Virus record (IMG/VR): IMGVR_UViG_2582580961_000003
Span: 6,302-70,301 of that record
Strand: one strand, 5' to 3'
From: a virus
Taxonomy: Duplodnaviria > Caudoviricetes
DNA length: 64,000 nt
The notes under the pieces were generated by a model. The model was not told the origin of the DNA. It did not search any database and saw nothing but the letters and a program-made list of their open reading frames with translations. Positions 1-8,989 of this stretch are shown piece by piece; position 1 is the stretch's first letter; every line of letters starts with the position of its first letter. The position numbers and the translations under genes were made by a program.

Positions 1-1557
1 AGCTTTAAAAATAAGTTCATCAGCTTCTTTAAAAGTCTTAACTGTCAAACCATCTTCAATTTCTCCAGACTCTGACCATACAAACTCAATAGTTTTTACA
101 TTAATTTTACTTGATCCATTAATTTCTTTAGCGATTTCATATAAAACAGGATAGTTATTTTGAAGGTAAAATAAGTTATCGCTATTTAAAACAATTTCTC
201 TATTTAGCATAAATTTCATTAATTTATTTAATGTAGTTTCTTTTTCTAATTCGTCCATGTTGCTGTACGGTTTACCGATTTCACTAACAACGCCTGAAAA
301 AGTATCGGCTAATGCTTCCATGTTTACATTAAATTCTTCTATTTCCTCTTTTTCATCTTCTGCAACTTCAGTTTTCACAGTTTCTTCTTTAGTTGTTTCT
401 ACATTTTCATTTATAATAACTTCTTCAATAATTCCAGCGATCACTTTTAATTCTTCTGTAATATCTTCGCCTTGCTTGCTTTTTCCGATTAGTTCAGACG
501 CTTTTTCTTTTGAAATAACAATTTCCCTGGTGTCAATAGTGCGTTTTGAAGCCATGTGAAGTGCATAACGTTGACGTTTTGTAGCTGTATTTTCTTGTTT
601 ACTTTCATTTTTATTAATTTGTTTATTTTCTTCTCCAACTTCTCCAGCTAGTAAATTTTCTTCTTGAACTGGCTTTTCTTCTACTTTACGAGATACTTTT
701 TTATAAACTGTTTTGTATGTAATTTCTTCAACTTCTTGTAGCGTGTGAATCTTAATTGATCCTTTTTTAACATTCTTTTCCATTCTATCTGTGTAATCAT
801 AATAGCGATCAGCGTTTTTTAATTGTTTGTAACCTCGTGAAGCAGCTCCTAAACGCTCATATGTTGCACATGTTTTGCCATCTTTCCGAGTGTAAACACT
901 TGTTACTAGCCAAAAATGACCGTGGTAATCAAAAGATAATACGTCATTTACTTGAATAGTTTCACGGTCTGTAACTGCTACAGGTTTGATAACTATAGTT
1001 TTAACTTCTTTTTGAGTTGCTTCTAATTGTGAATTATCTTTGATAGCTTTTTCAAAACGCTTAACAAGTTTTAGAACTGCTTCTTTATTACGTCCAATGC
1101 TTTCATCAGTAGCTCCAACGCCTTTAGCAATAATTACGCCATCTTTTTCGATGTGCCATGTGCATTTTTTAGGAGTAGCAAAAGAAAATGTTGGGTATTC
1201 TTCAATAACTACAGTTGATTCTTTTTCTTTATTAAACATTTCATCAATTTTCTTTTGACAAACTGCTTTTTCGTTCTCTGTAGCTGCTGCATCGTTCATA
1301 GTAGCCTCTAACTTTTGGATTTTAGCGTGATCTACTTTGAAAGTTTTCTTTTCTTTTTTGTACCCACTGTTAGAAGTGCTATAAGCGTTGATAAGTAATA
1401 CATAACCGTCTTTTGAAGCGATTCCCTCAAAGTATGCTGGACAATAGTAATCCGTCATTAAGTCGCTTTGATCTGGACGAAAGCCGAACACTTTCCAACC
1501 GTTATTATTTAATTCACTTACCATCATTTCCGCAGCGTTTGAAGATAACATTTTCAT
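1..1557 (-). CDS. Large polyvalent-protein-like early protein (LPD25/LPD29-like motifs), 3' end runs off the window
   Basis: Absent from the ORF track. ATG at 1557 follows the RBS AAGGGAG and the frame appears open to base 1. Translation starts MKMLSSNAAEMMVSELNNNGWKVFGFRPDQSDLMTDYYCPAYFEG and ends ...FVWSESGEIEDGLTVKTFKEADELIFKA. Confidence 0.75.
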   Translation of the reverse strand, partial: MKMLSSNAAEMMVSELNNNGWKVFGFRPDQSDLMTDYYCPAYFEGIASKDGYVLLINAYSTSNSGYKKEKKTFKVDHAKIQKLEATMNDAAATENEKAVCQKKIDEMFNKEKESTVVIEEYPTFSFATPKKCTWHIEKDGVIIAKGVGATDESIGRNKEAVLKLVKRFEKAIKDNSQLEATQKEVKTIVIKPVAVTDRETIQVNDVLSFDYHGHFWLVTSVYTRKDGKTCATYERLGAASRGYKQLKNADRYYDYTDRMEKNVKKGSIKIHTLQEVEEITYKTVYKKVSRKVEEKPVQEENLLAGEVGEENKQINKNESKQENTATKRQRYALHMASKRTIDTREIVISKEKASELIGKSKQGEDITEELKVIAGIIEEVIINENVETTKEETVKTEVAEDEKEEIEEFNVNMEALADTFSGVVSEIGKPYSNMDELEKETTLNKLMKFMLNREIVLNSDNLFYLQNNYPVLYEIAKEINGSSKINVKTIEFVWSESGEIEDGLTVKTFKEADELIFKA

Positions 1558-1591
1558 CTACTCCCTTATATTTGTTTTTCTAACTAACTTA

Positions 1592-1657
1592 ATTATAAAG
1601 GATTACTTAATATAAATCAATATATAATATTAATTTTCTTATAAAAAGTACATTTTA
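1592..1657 (-). promoter_or_regulatory. Sigma-A promoter TTGATT-N17-TATAAT with upstream AAATTAATATTATA box and TAAAA-N6-TTTTA palindrome
   Basis: Minus strand reads TTGATTTATATTAAGTAATCCTTTATAAT; identical copy at 2887-2941. Confidence 0.8.
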
Positions 1658-1664
1658 TATAAAC

Positions 1665-2813
1665 TTATCCCGAACTAAATTCAATTTCTTTTCCTTGTTG
1701 CTCATGTCTGAAAGTTGAGCTTTCAGATTCTTTATTTTGGACTTTGAATTCAATTTTAATATCCTTATATTCCAGTTTCTTATTATCACTTACAATTGAT
1801 TCTGGAGCATTTGAGGCTATTTCTTGCTCATCTTCAATAATATTCATTGTGAAATCTAACTCATTTAAACGGCTTTCAATTTCTTCTCTAGTTCCTGTTA
1901 TTTTTTCTTTTAGAATTATCTCTGAATTTTCTTCTAAGCTGAGATACAAAATATATTGATTCTCGTTGTGATAGTCTTTTCTAAAGTCAAAACGTCCGAA
2001 CATCTTTCCAAGATTGTCTACAATAGGCATAAACATAATTTGATCTATTTTTAAATTTAATTGTACTAATTCAGATTTATTTGTTTTAGTCTCTTCCTTT
2101 ACTTTTTTCATCGGTTGCACTTTTTCTTGCGTTGCTTCTTCTTTAATATTAGGAGATAATCCACCGTTTCTTTTAATAGCTGCTTCAATGAATTGACTTA
2201 ACTTTTCTTTGTTGGCTTGAATAAGATTAACGCCTGTTTTCACTAGCTCTTCTACTGTTTCAGCATTTGCAATATTTAACCCAGTTTGCATTTCAACCAA
2301 AACAAATTCACCATTGTTGTTTTCATAAATAAATGTTTGTAATCCCTCTACGTCAAAGCGGAAACCATCAACAGGTGTAAAACCTTCTTTACCATGTTTT
2401 TTAATATAGAAAGTGTCTTTGTCTTCTACATTCTCTTTAATTCCTTCGAAATTTGTAGCATCGATAAATTGGTTTTTATTTTGTGTAAATTCAGCATGTT
2501 TACCGACTCTTAAATTATAGAAAGTAACTATCATATAACCTCGATAATTTTCTACAACTTCTTTAATTTGTAATTGATCTCCTTGTTTCATTTTATAGCG
2601 TCCGATTCTAAACTCATTTTTTACAATTGCAATTTCACCGATTTTATTTTTAATATTTTTAACTTCGTTGTTTAGTTTAACTAATTTATTTAAGCTTTCT
2701 TTATCAGTGTTTAATGTTAACATTTCATTTCTTAAAGCATTAATTTTAATTAAGTCATTTTGTGATAATGGAAACTCTAATTTTCTACCATCATATAAGA
2801 AAGTTTCAACCAT
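1665..2813 (-). CDS. Hypothetical phage early protein (382 aa)
   Basis: Long ORF with RBS AAGGGAGAG and its own promoter. Confidence 0.8.
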   Translation of the reverse strand: MVETFLYDGRKLEFPLSQNDLIKINALRNEMLTLNTDKESLNKLVKLNNEVKNIKNKIGEIAIVKNEFRIGRYKMKQGDQLQIKEVVENYRGYMIVTFYNLRVGKHAEFTQNKNQFIDATNFEGIKENVEDKDTFYIKKHGKEGFTPVDGFRFDVEGLQTFIYENNNGEFVLVEMQTGLNIANAETVEELVKTGVNLIQANKEKLSQFIEAAIKRNGGLSPNIKEEATQEKVQPMKKVKEETKTNKSELVQLNLKIDQIMFMPIVDNLGKMFGRFDFRKDYHNENQYILYLSLEENSEIILKEKITGTREEIESRLNELDFTMNIIEDEQEIASNAPESIVSDNKKLEYKDIKIEFKVQNKESESSTFRHEQQGKEIEFSSG

Positions 2814-2886
2814 TAAAAATCTCTCCCTTTTAATTAATTTACTTTATTTATGTAAAAGCGTATTCGCTGTTTTTCTAACTATCTTT

Positions 2887-2941
2887 ATTATAAAGGATTA
2901 CTTAATATAAATCAATATATAATATTAATTTTCTTATAAAA
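2887..2941 (-). promoter_or_regulatory. Sigma-A promoter, 55-bp exact duplicate of 1592-1646
   Basis: Direct repeat ATTATAAAGGATTACTTAATATAAATCAATATATAATATTAATTTTCTTATAAAA. Confidence 0.8.
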
Positions 2942-3036
2942 ATTCAAAATAAAAAACTGACCAATTAAGATCAGTTCTATGTATTGCGGTAAAATTTACT
3001 TTTCATACTAAAATCAAACCTTCATTTAACAAAAAG

Positions 3037-3207
3037 TTAGCCAATAATTTTATTTACTTCGATTTCTTCAATGTACACTTTGTTATGGTGTTCTTGTTTT
3101 GCTTCCTCTTCTAATTCGATAGCTGTAATTTCATCAGTGCATACCGCAATAACTCTGTCCACTGAATAAGTTGCATCATCGGTTTCAATAACTTTAATTA
3201 ACCACAT
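3037..3207 (-). CDS. Small acidic hypothetical protein (56 aa)
   Basis: Manual translation MWLIKVIETDDATYSVDRVIAVCTDE...NKIIG; RBS AGGCAGGTG. Confidence 0.65.
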   Translation of the reverse strand: MWLIKVIETDDATYSVDRVIAVCTDEITAIELEEEAKQEHHNKVYIEEIEVNKIIG

Positions 3208-3273
3208 TTCAATAAGACACCTGCCTTATATTTTTTTATTTTATTGCTTTAAAACTCTTCTTTTAAACAGAAA

Positions 3274-3444
3274 CTACATTTGATTAAATCCGTTTAAGAG
3301 TCCCTTAACATAAGCTTTGCTTTGGTCGTCTTTGAGCTTTATTTCTCCGTCTTTATTTAATGTAGACAGTATGCCAATTAACACTAATTTTTCTGTGTCT
3401 GTTATTTCATAGCTGTGTAATGTTTGCTTTCCTTTGTATTTCAT
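3274..3444 (-). CDS. Small hypothetical protein (56 aa)
   Basis: Manual translation MKYKGKQTLHSYEITDTEKLVLIGIL...NGFNQM; RBS AGGAG. Confidence 0.65.
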   Translation of the reverse strand: MKYKGKQTLHSYEITDTEKLVLIGILSTLNKDGEIKLKDDQSKAYVKGLLNGFNQM

Positions 3445-3481
3445 TTATGTATCATCTCCTTTTAAATTCTCGATTGAACTA

Positions 3482-3922
3482 TCATTTCATTGAAAACAAT
3501 TTAAGTATCTCTTTCATTTGCTTTTCTCTTTCTATCGGTAACTCAATGTTGTTATACATATGGACTATATGCATTAGAAATGCTTCTGCAAAATCCTCTC
3601 TATGGTTTGTTTTACCATAATCAGACCTAGCCAACTCATTAAGTTTAAAGTCTTTATAATCAAATAATTGATGATGGACAGCATGACCTATTTCGTGTAA
3701 AGCTGTGTGAACTGTTGATCTTTCATCGTTACATAAGAATATCAATTTATAATCTGGACTATACGCACCGTTAACATTTTCATTTTCTTCTAATACTTGA
3801 AAAGGAATTTCTGTTTTTAAATCATGTATAATTAAACGATGAATCATAGGATAACACTTATTAACCATTTCAATAGCTTTACTATAAATTTTTTCTGCAT
3901 GTGATAGTTCCACTTTAATCAC
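3482..3922 (-). CDS. Zincin metallopeptidase (HExxH; MPTase/lethal-factor-like)
   Basis: HTALHEIGHAVH followed by YGKTNHREDFAEAF; GTG at 3922 follows RBS GAGGTG. Confidence 0.75.
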   Translation of the reverse strand: MIKVELSHAEKIYSKAIEMVNKCYPMIHRLIIHDLKTEIPFQVLEENENVNGAYSPDYKLIFLCNDERSTVHTALHEIGHAVHHQLFDYKDFKLNELARSDYGKTNHREDFAEAFLMHIVHMYNNIELPIEREKQMKEILKLFSMK

Positions 3923-3990
3923 CTTTTTCACCTCTTTTAGTTTGATTATAACACCTATAATTCGAGATAAAATCATTACTTTATACAATT

Positions 3991-4221
3991 TCAGATTTGA
4001 TAATACCCTACTGTAATTTCTTTAAATCCGTACTTTTCTAACTCATTGACTAATTGCTCGAATGAGTGAAAATATCCCATATCAGACTTGGAAAGATTAA
4101 TGTAATTTTGAAATTGTTTCTGTGTGTAATTCTTTTCGTGGAAAAGAAGGATTGTTTTATATGTTTCTTCTTCTAGTTGATTTTCTTCATATATGCTGTA
4201 TTTTAATTGATAGAAATTCAT
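3991..4221 (-). CDS. Hypothetical protein (76 aa)
   Basis: ORF with RBS AGGGAAGTG in the early gene array. Confidence 0.7.
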   Translation of the reverse strand: MNFYQLKYSIYEENQLEEETYKTILLFHEKNYTQKQFQNYINLSKSDMGYFHSFEQLVNELEKYGFKEITVGYYQI

Positions 4222-4257
4222 TTAGCTAATCACTTCCCTTTGTATTGTTTACAGCGT

Positions 4258-4461
4258 TCAAATTAACTTAACACCTTTCAACTTTTTAATTTGGTCTAAT
4301 ACACAAGAAGATAAAGAATTGAAAACAAGCAGATATCCATTTTCCGTACCTTCTTCATCGGTTGTGCAAGTTCTCCCGTGTCCTTGAAAACTGTCGATGA
4401 TCTTAAAAACTTTATCATAAGTGTTTTTACGTGCTTCTTTAGTGATAAGAATTTTAATCAT
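4258..4461 (-). CDS. Hypothetical protein (67 aa)
   Basis: RBS AAGGGGA; promoter TTGTAA-N17-TATAAT at 4511-4539. Confidence 0.7.
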   Translation of the reverse strand: MIKILITKEARKNTYDKVFKIIDSFQGHGRTCTTDEEGTENGYLLVFNSLSSCVLDQIKKLKGVKLI

Positions 4462-4611
4462 GTGAACATATCCCCTTTGATTGATTTATTTGCTGTTCCT
4501 TATATTTAATATTATATGTTAAAACTAAACAAATTACAACTACTAATATTAATTTATTTATATAAATTTAAAAGCGACCACAATATTATTTTATCATGGT
4601 CGCCTATCTGC

Positions 4612-5295
4612 CTATAGTCCGAATTGTGATTTAGAAACTACTCTAGCTGGTGAACCTTGAAACATAATCAATACATTTGCACCTGTTGAACCTTCTCCAT
4701 CCCAACCATACATAGCTGTGTAAAATTCATCACCTTTTTGCCCTGTCTCAGATTGTAGTGTACCTTCTCCACCTGCTACCGCTTTTACTTGCTCATATGT
4801 CATACCATCTTTAATGCGATTAAATTCGTCCATATTGATTGATGGATAATTAGTCTCTTCTTCTACTGCCTCAGGTTCTTCTGTTTCTTCAGGTTGCGCT
4901 GCTACTTCTTCCGTTTTAGCTTCTTCTTCTGCTGGTTCAGACTCTTCTTTATCTTCATATTCTTTATTTTTAGCAGTCAATAAATCCTTATCTGTTTTCA
5001 AATTTTCTACTTCTGACAACAATTCCTCTTTTCTTTCTTCACTCTTCTCCAGCCTATATTCCGTTGCCTCGTAGTTCTCTACAGCATCTTCATATTTAGG
5101 TTTAATATCATCTAATTCAGTCTTTAAATCAGTTGCATGAATCATGTAAAAGAATGATGTCACTAGTAAAATTCCCATAGCTGAAAACAGTTGAGTATTT
5201 GCTTTCTTTTCCTTTTTAATATTTACAATTGCCCACGCTAATACAATAACAAAACAAATAAAAAACATTAAGCCTATTATATTCATTTGACCCAC
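4612..5295 (-). CDS. Membrane-anchored protein: 2 TM, coiled coil, acidic linker, C-terminal DUF3862/BLIP-like domain
   Basis: Hydrophobic N-terminus; C-terminal INMDEFNRIKDGMTYEQVKAVAGGEG...MYGWDGEG...SKSQFGL. Confidence 0.75.
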   Translation of the reverse strand: MGQMNIIGLMFFICFVIVLAWAIVNIKKEKKANTQLFSAMGILLVTSFFYMIHATDLKTELDDIKPKYEDAVENYEATEYRLEKSEERKEELLSEVENLKTDKDLLTAKNKEYEDKEESEPAEEEAKTEEVAAQPEETEEPEAVEEETNYPSINMDEFNRIKDGMTYEQVKAVAGGEGTLQSETGQKGDEFYTAMYGWDGEGSTGANVLIMFQGSPARVVSKSQFGL

Positions 5296-5408
5296 TCCCT
5301 TTTATGGTTATATTTAACTACTAATATATTAAAGCACTGATCAAAACAAGTAAATATGTATTTGATCAGTGCTTATTAATTTTCGTTTATTTAATTGAGG
5401 AATCTTTT

Positions 5409-5792
5409 TTAACTTACCCATAGGAATTTTTCTTTTTGATTGTTTGATTCATTATAGTCAACTACACTATCACCAAAGTCATACAACTGTTCTAGGTAAT
5501 TATTCAAAGCTTCACACCAGTTTTCATACTCAAATTCCGATGGATCTTCATTACTGTTGATTGAGTTTTTAATCCATTCAAATTCTAGAATCAAGTCATC
5601 AAACTCATATAAAAAATATTCATCTAGCGAATTCTTTCTTTTATTTTCTATCATTCTATTTTCTATTCTTGAAATGTATTTTAGCTGAGGAATAATAGCT
5701 TCACATATTTTTAAAACTGCTTGATCGCTACTATCATTTGATAAATATTTTTTTATTTCAATTGTATTTCTCCATTTGTTCATCGTAAACAC
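5409..5792 (-). CDS. Hypothetical protein (127 aa)
   Basis: ORF with RBS AAGGAGAG. Confidence 0.7.
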   Translation of the reverse strand: MFTMNKWRNTIEIKKYLSNDSSDQAVLKICEAIIPQLKYISRIENRMIENKRKNSLDEYFLYEFDDLILEFEWIKNSINSNEDPSEFEYENWCEALNNYLEQLYDFGDSVVDYNESNNQKEKFLWVS

Positions 5793-5825
5793 TCTCCTTT
5801 TTTATATGTAAATTGGATATTTTAC

Positions 5826-6080
5826 TCAAGCTTCATATGCCTTACAAAACCATTCAACTTCTTCCCTGTATTGACTATGGGTAGCACATACTTCAACTTT
5901 GATTTTTCTGCCGTTTTCAAATATTAGCATGCTTTCATAGCTATCATTTTCCCAATCATATTTCTCATTTTCATCCATCACACATTGATCAAAATCTCCA
6001 CATAAATAATCTACATAATGACAAACAGCAGCTTCTAATCCTAAATGGTATCCAAATGTTTTTTCATCAATCAACTTCAT
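5826..6080 (-). CDS. Hypothetical acidic protein (84 aa)
   Basis: ORF with RBS AAGGAG. Confidence 0.7.
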   Translation of the reverse strand: MKLIDEKTFGYHLGLEAAVCHYVDYLCGDFDQCVMDENEKYDWENDSYESMLIFENGRKIKVEVCATHSQYREEVEWFCKAYEA

Positions 6081-6154
6081 AATAACATCTCCTTATTGTT
6101 AATTTAATTACTTTTAGAATCTGTAAAATAACTGATTTATCGAGAAATAAAATT

Positions 6155-7402
6155 TCATTCTCGTTTACCATTGGCTAAAAAAATATTCACAATGGATGGG
6201 TGTAAATCTAAACCCTCTATTCCATTTGCAAAAGCATTTGGAAATACCTTTTTAATTATATTTGAAGCTCCATTGATATCTGCATTTATAATGGTATTGT
6301 TTTTACTTCTATATAATCCTCTTTTAATTCGTTTACCACTGAATTTATTATCTTTAATCATTAGATCATTGTCTAAGAAGCTGGCTTTACTTGTGTAAGA
6401 CTCTTCTGTCTTTATTACTTTTATACCGATATCATTTAACTTGTATTCCAGTTTAGAAACAAAGCTAGAAAACGGTACACTAGTAAAATTTTGATTGTTT
6501 ATCTTACTCATTTTTGAATTTTGTTTCCATTTCTCATTATATCCTATAACAACAGTATCAATTTGATTGTTAATACAGTAGTCAACAATATATTTACTAG
6601 CACAATGCATATAATAATCCATCTTATTGTTTCTCTTAGTGGTTAACCTTTGTAGAGTATTAGTCCAGTCTAATTTGTTTACCTTCTTTGCTTTTTGACG
6701 ATACTTTGAAGCTAACTTATTATAAAAGTTGTTGTAAGACTTAATGTGTCCTCCATTGATTGCAAAAGGTTTCAATCCTATATTGTTTTGAACTGTAGCG
6801 AATCTTGATATACCTAAGTCAATACCTATCATACGCTTTGATTCAGTTTCAATTTGCAAAGGAATTTCTTTTTGATATACAATTTCCAAAATGTAATGAT
6901 CTTCTTTAGGGATAAACCTTGTTTGTATATGTTTTTCTTTGATTCTGGTCTTAACTAATCCATTGAAAGGATGTAAAGGTTTAAAACTAAAATTTAGATA
7001 TCCATTAATTATTTTACTTTGAATATTTGTCAGTACCCAAACATAGCGTCCATCTTTTTTTAAGTACTTTGGTATTTGCGGCTTACCAAGGAAAGAGCTA
7101 GGATTCTTTTGATAAGCTTTTAAAGCTGCAAAGAATGATTTCCAATTTTGATGTAAAAGCTTAAGTGTTTGTTGTCCTGAGTTAGAGCCAATATCTTTAA
7201 AACAATCTTCATGTTTAATTACCTTAGAAAGCTTTCTATCATCAATATACGTTTGTTCTTTAATAAATAACTGTCTTATAGTGTAATTAGCAAAGTTGTA
7301 AAGGTTCTTAGACTTGAAACAATATTCATTCACAACACTATACATTTTATGATTTTTATTAATTATATGCCTTTCTACACGATTAACGTTCATTCGTTCC
7401 AC
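6155..7402 (-). CDS. tnpB: TnpB RNA-guided endonuclease, IS200/IS605 superfamily (IS1341-like), no tnpA nearby
   Basis: SKNLYN N-terminal helix; RuvC motifs IGIDLG, EESYTSKASFLD and NADINGASNI. Confidence 0.9.
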   Translation of the reverse strand: MERMNVNRVERHIINKNHKMYSVVNEYCFKSKNLYNFANYTIRQLFIKEQTYIDDRKLSKVIKHEDCFKDIGSNSGQQTLKLLHQNWKSFFAALKAYQKNPSSFLGKPQIPKYLKKDGRYVWVLTNIQSKIINGYLNFSFKPLHPFNGLVKTRIKEKHIQTRFIPKEDHYILEIVYQKEIPLQIETESKRMIGIDLGISRFATVQNNIGLKPFAINGGHIKSYNNFYNKLASKYRQKAKKVNKLDWTNTLQRLTTKRNNKMDYYMHCASKYIVDYCINNQIDTVVIGYNEKWKQNSKMSKINNQNFTSVPFSSFVSKLEYKLNDIGIKVIKTEESYTSKASFLDNDLMIKDNKFSGKRIKRGLYRSKNNTIINADINGASNIIKKVFPNAFANGIEGLDLHPSIVNIFLANGKRE

Positions 7403-7477
7403 CTCCTTAAACTTTAAATAAAACTGTCTTTTTTTATATAGAAGCTAAAGACCAGCTTTTACACTGGTCTTATTAAG

Positions 7478-7759
7478 TTAGATTACTAAATCCATTAACT
7501 CTTCCTTAAGTTCTTCAATTCCTTCTTTATTATTAACATATTCCATTAAGCGATCTAAGAAAGCATCCATACGTCTAACTTTCTTTTCTGTATATTCAAT
7601 TGATGCACTATCAGTTTGAGCGATTAAAACAATTTCATTAGGTCTTTCTTCAAGATGTAAATCAATTAACATTTTGCAGTTATTTAATACTTCAGCAACC
7701 TGTTTTGCAGATGTAGCACGTTTTTGATTAAATTTAGAAACATTAGCTTGATTTGTCAT
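7478..7759 (-). CDS. Hypothetical protein (93 aa)
   Basis: RBS AAGGGGA; promoter TTGTGC-N17-TATACT at 7818-7846. Confidence 0.7.
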   Translation of the reverse strand: MTNQANVSKFNQKRATSAKQVAEVLNNCKMLIDLHLEERPNEIVLIAQTDSASIEYTEKKVRRMDAFLDRLMEYVNNKEGIEELKEELMDLVI

Positions 7760-7874
7760 TTTGATAATCCCCTTTTGCCTCTTTAGGCTTAAATTTTCGT
7801 ATTTCTTAACTAACCTTAGTATACTATATTATATTAACTAGCACAACACTTCATTACAACTAATATTAATTTTA

Positions 7875-8210
7875 TTATATAAATTTTTCAATTGGATCAA
7901 CAGCAACGCTTAAACTCACTTCTTTATCAATCTTAATATGCTCTGACTGCTCAAATTGCCTTGTAAGCTGCGATAATATTCCATGAGCTACAAGTATACA
8001 TTCATTTAATGAGCAGCTAATACAGACTTCAAATCCTTTCATATACTTATTAGATGCTAAGTCATGAATGACAATTTCAGTTTTATAATAACCAGTCATA
8101 CTTTTAACATTGATTGATATATGAGCTGTTTTATTCAACGTATCATAATCGTTTATAAGCTTCTTAGCGTTTGCTAATGGTATTGCTAACTCCATATAAG
8201 TAAACCTCAA
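7875..8210 (-). CDS. Hypothetical protein
   Basis: ORF in the co-directional array; start uncertain. Confidence 0.55.
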   Translation of the reverse strand: MRFTYMELAIPLANAKKLINDYDTLNKTAHISINVKSMTGYYKTEIVIHDLASNKYMKGFEVCISCSLNECILVAHGILSQLTRQFEQSEHIKIDKEVSLSVAVDPIEKFI

Positions 8211-8252
8211 TTCTATTGAATTTATAAGGGTTATTTGAGATTAAACAACGTG

Positions 8253-8576
8253 TTAACACAATCGTAACTGATAAGCTTTTAATTTACGTTCTGAATCAAA
8301 TATTTTAATACTTTGGTTAATATCAATACATTTTCTATTCTGGTCAAAGTATTCATTAGCTTGCTTAGCACTGTTATGAGCTAACATAATATTGTAATAG
8401 TCATGATTGAATTTGTTTAAATGTACATTGTTATAGCGCATCAATGAGCTTTGTGAGGCAAATAATATGTAGACTTCTTTAACTGTGAATTGGTTGCCGC
8501 ATAGCTCATTTAAATAACTGTAGCTACTTGATACTTTACCGTTACATTCATAACCCTTGGTAACATGATAATTCAA
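8253..8576 (-). CDS. Hypothetical protein (107 aa)
   Basis: TTG start after RBS AGGGGTGG. Confidence 0.65.
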   Translation of the reverse strand: MNYHVTKGYECNGKVSSSYSYLNELCGNQFTVKEVYILFASQSSLMRYNNVHLNKFNHDYYNIMLAHNSAKQANEYFDQNRKCIDINQSIKIFDSERKLKAYQLRLC

Positions 8577-8615
8577 TTTTATCCACCCCTTTATAATGTT
8601 ATTAATTTTATTACA

Positions 8616-8765
8616 TTAATCTTCATCATCTTCATAGTCAGCTAAATCATCGTGTAAATGATCAAGATAAATTTCTAAACCTTGCTTTGATTTAGCGTCA
8701 TCCATATTTTTGATTAACGCTTCAATTGTATCGATTTCTTTGAAGTACCAATTTGCATCTCTCAT
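8616..8765 (-). CDS. Very acidic small protein (49 aa)
   Basis: Manual translation MRDANWYFKEIDTIEALIKNMDDAKSKQGLEIYLDHLHDDLADYEDDED; RBS AAGGGGA. Confidence 0.7.
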   Translation of the reverse strand: MRDANWYFKEIDTIEALIKNMDDAKSKQGLEIYLDHLHDDLADYEDDED

Positions 8766-8808
8766 AATTTATATCCCCTTTGTGTTTATGTATTTATTAA
8801 CTATCTTT

Positions 8809-8876
8809 AGTATAAAGGATTATATATTATAAGTCAATATATAATATTAATTTATTTATATAAAAACATGATTTTA
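8809..8876 (-). promoter_or_regulatory. Sigma-A promoter TTGACT-N17-TATACT with AAATTAATATTATA box and TAAAA-N6-TTTTA
   Basis: Diverged third copy of the 1592/2887 promoter. Confidence 0.75.
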
Positions 8877-8989
8877 TTAAAAGTTTGAGAAAAGAAAAGA
8901 CCATCAAATAAATGATGATCTGAATTGTTATGTGTGTATGTTTGATTTAGTTGTGAATTTCAGAAAGATATAAGTTTCAACTTAGTATA

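Noticed and set aside
257-2910. Plus-strand ORFs 257-559, 1040-1258, 1744-1959 and 2668-2910, and similar antisense ORFs throughout the track
   Set aside because: Ser/Phe/Leu-rich shadows of real genes on the opposite strand; no RBS.
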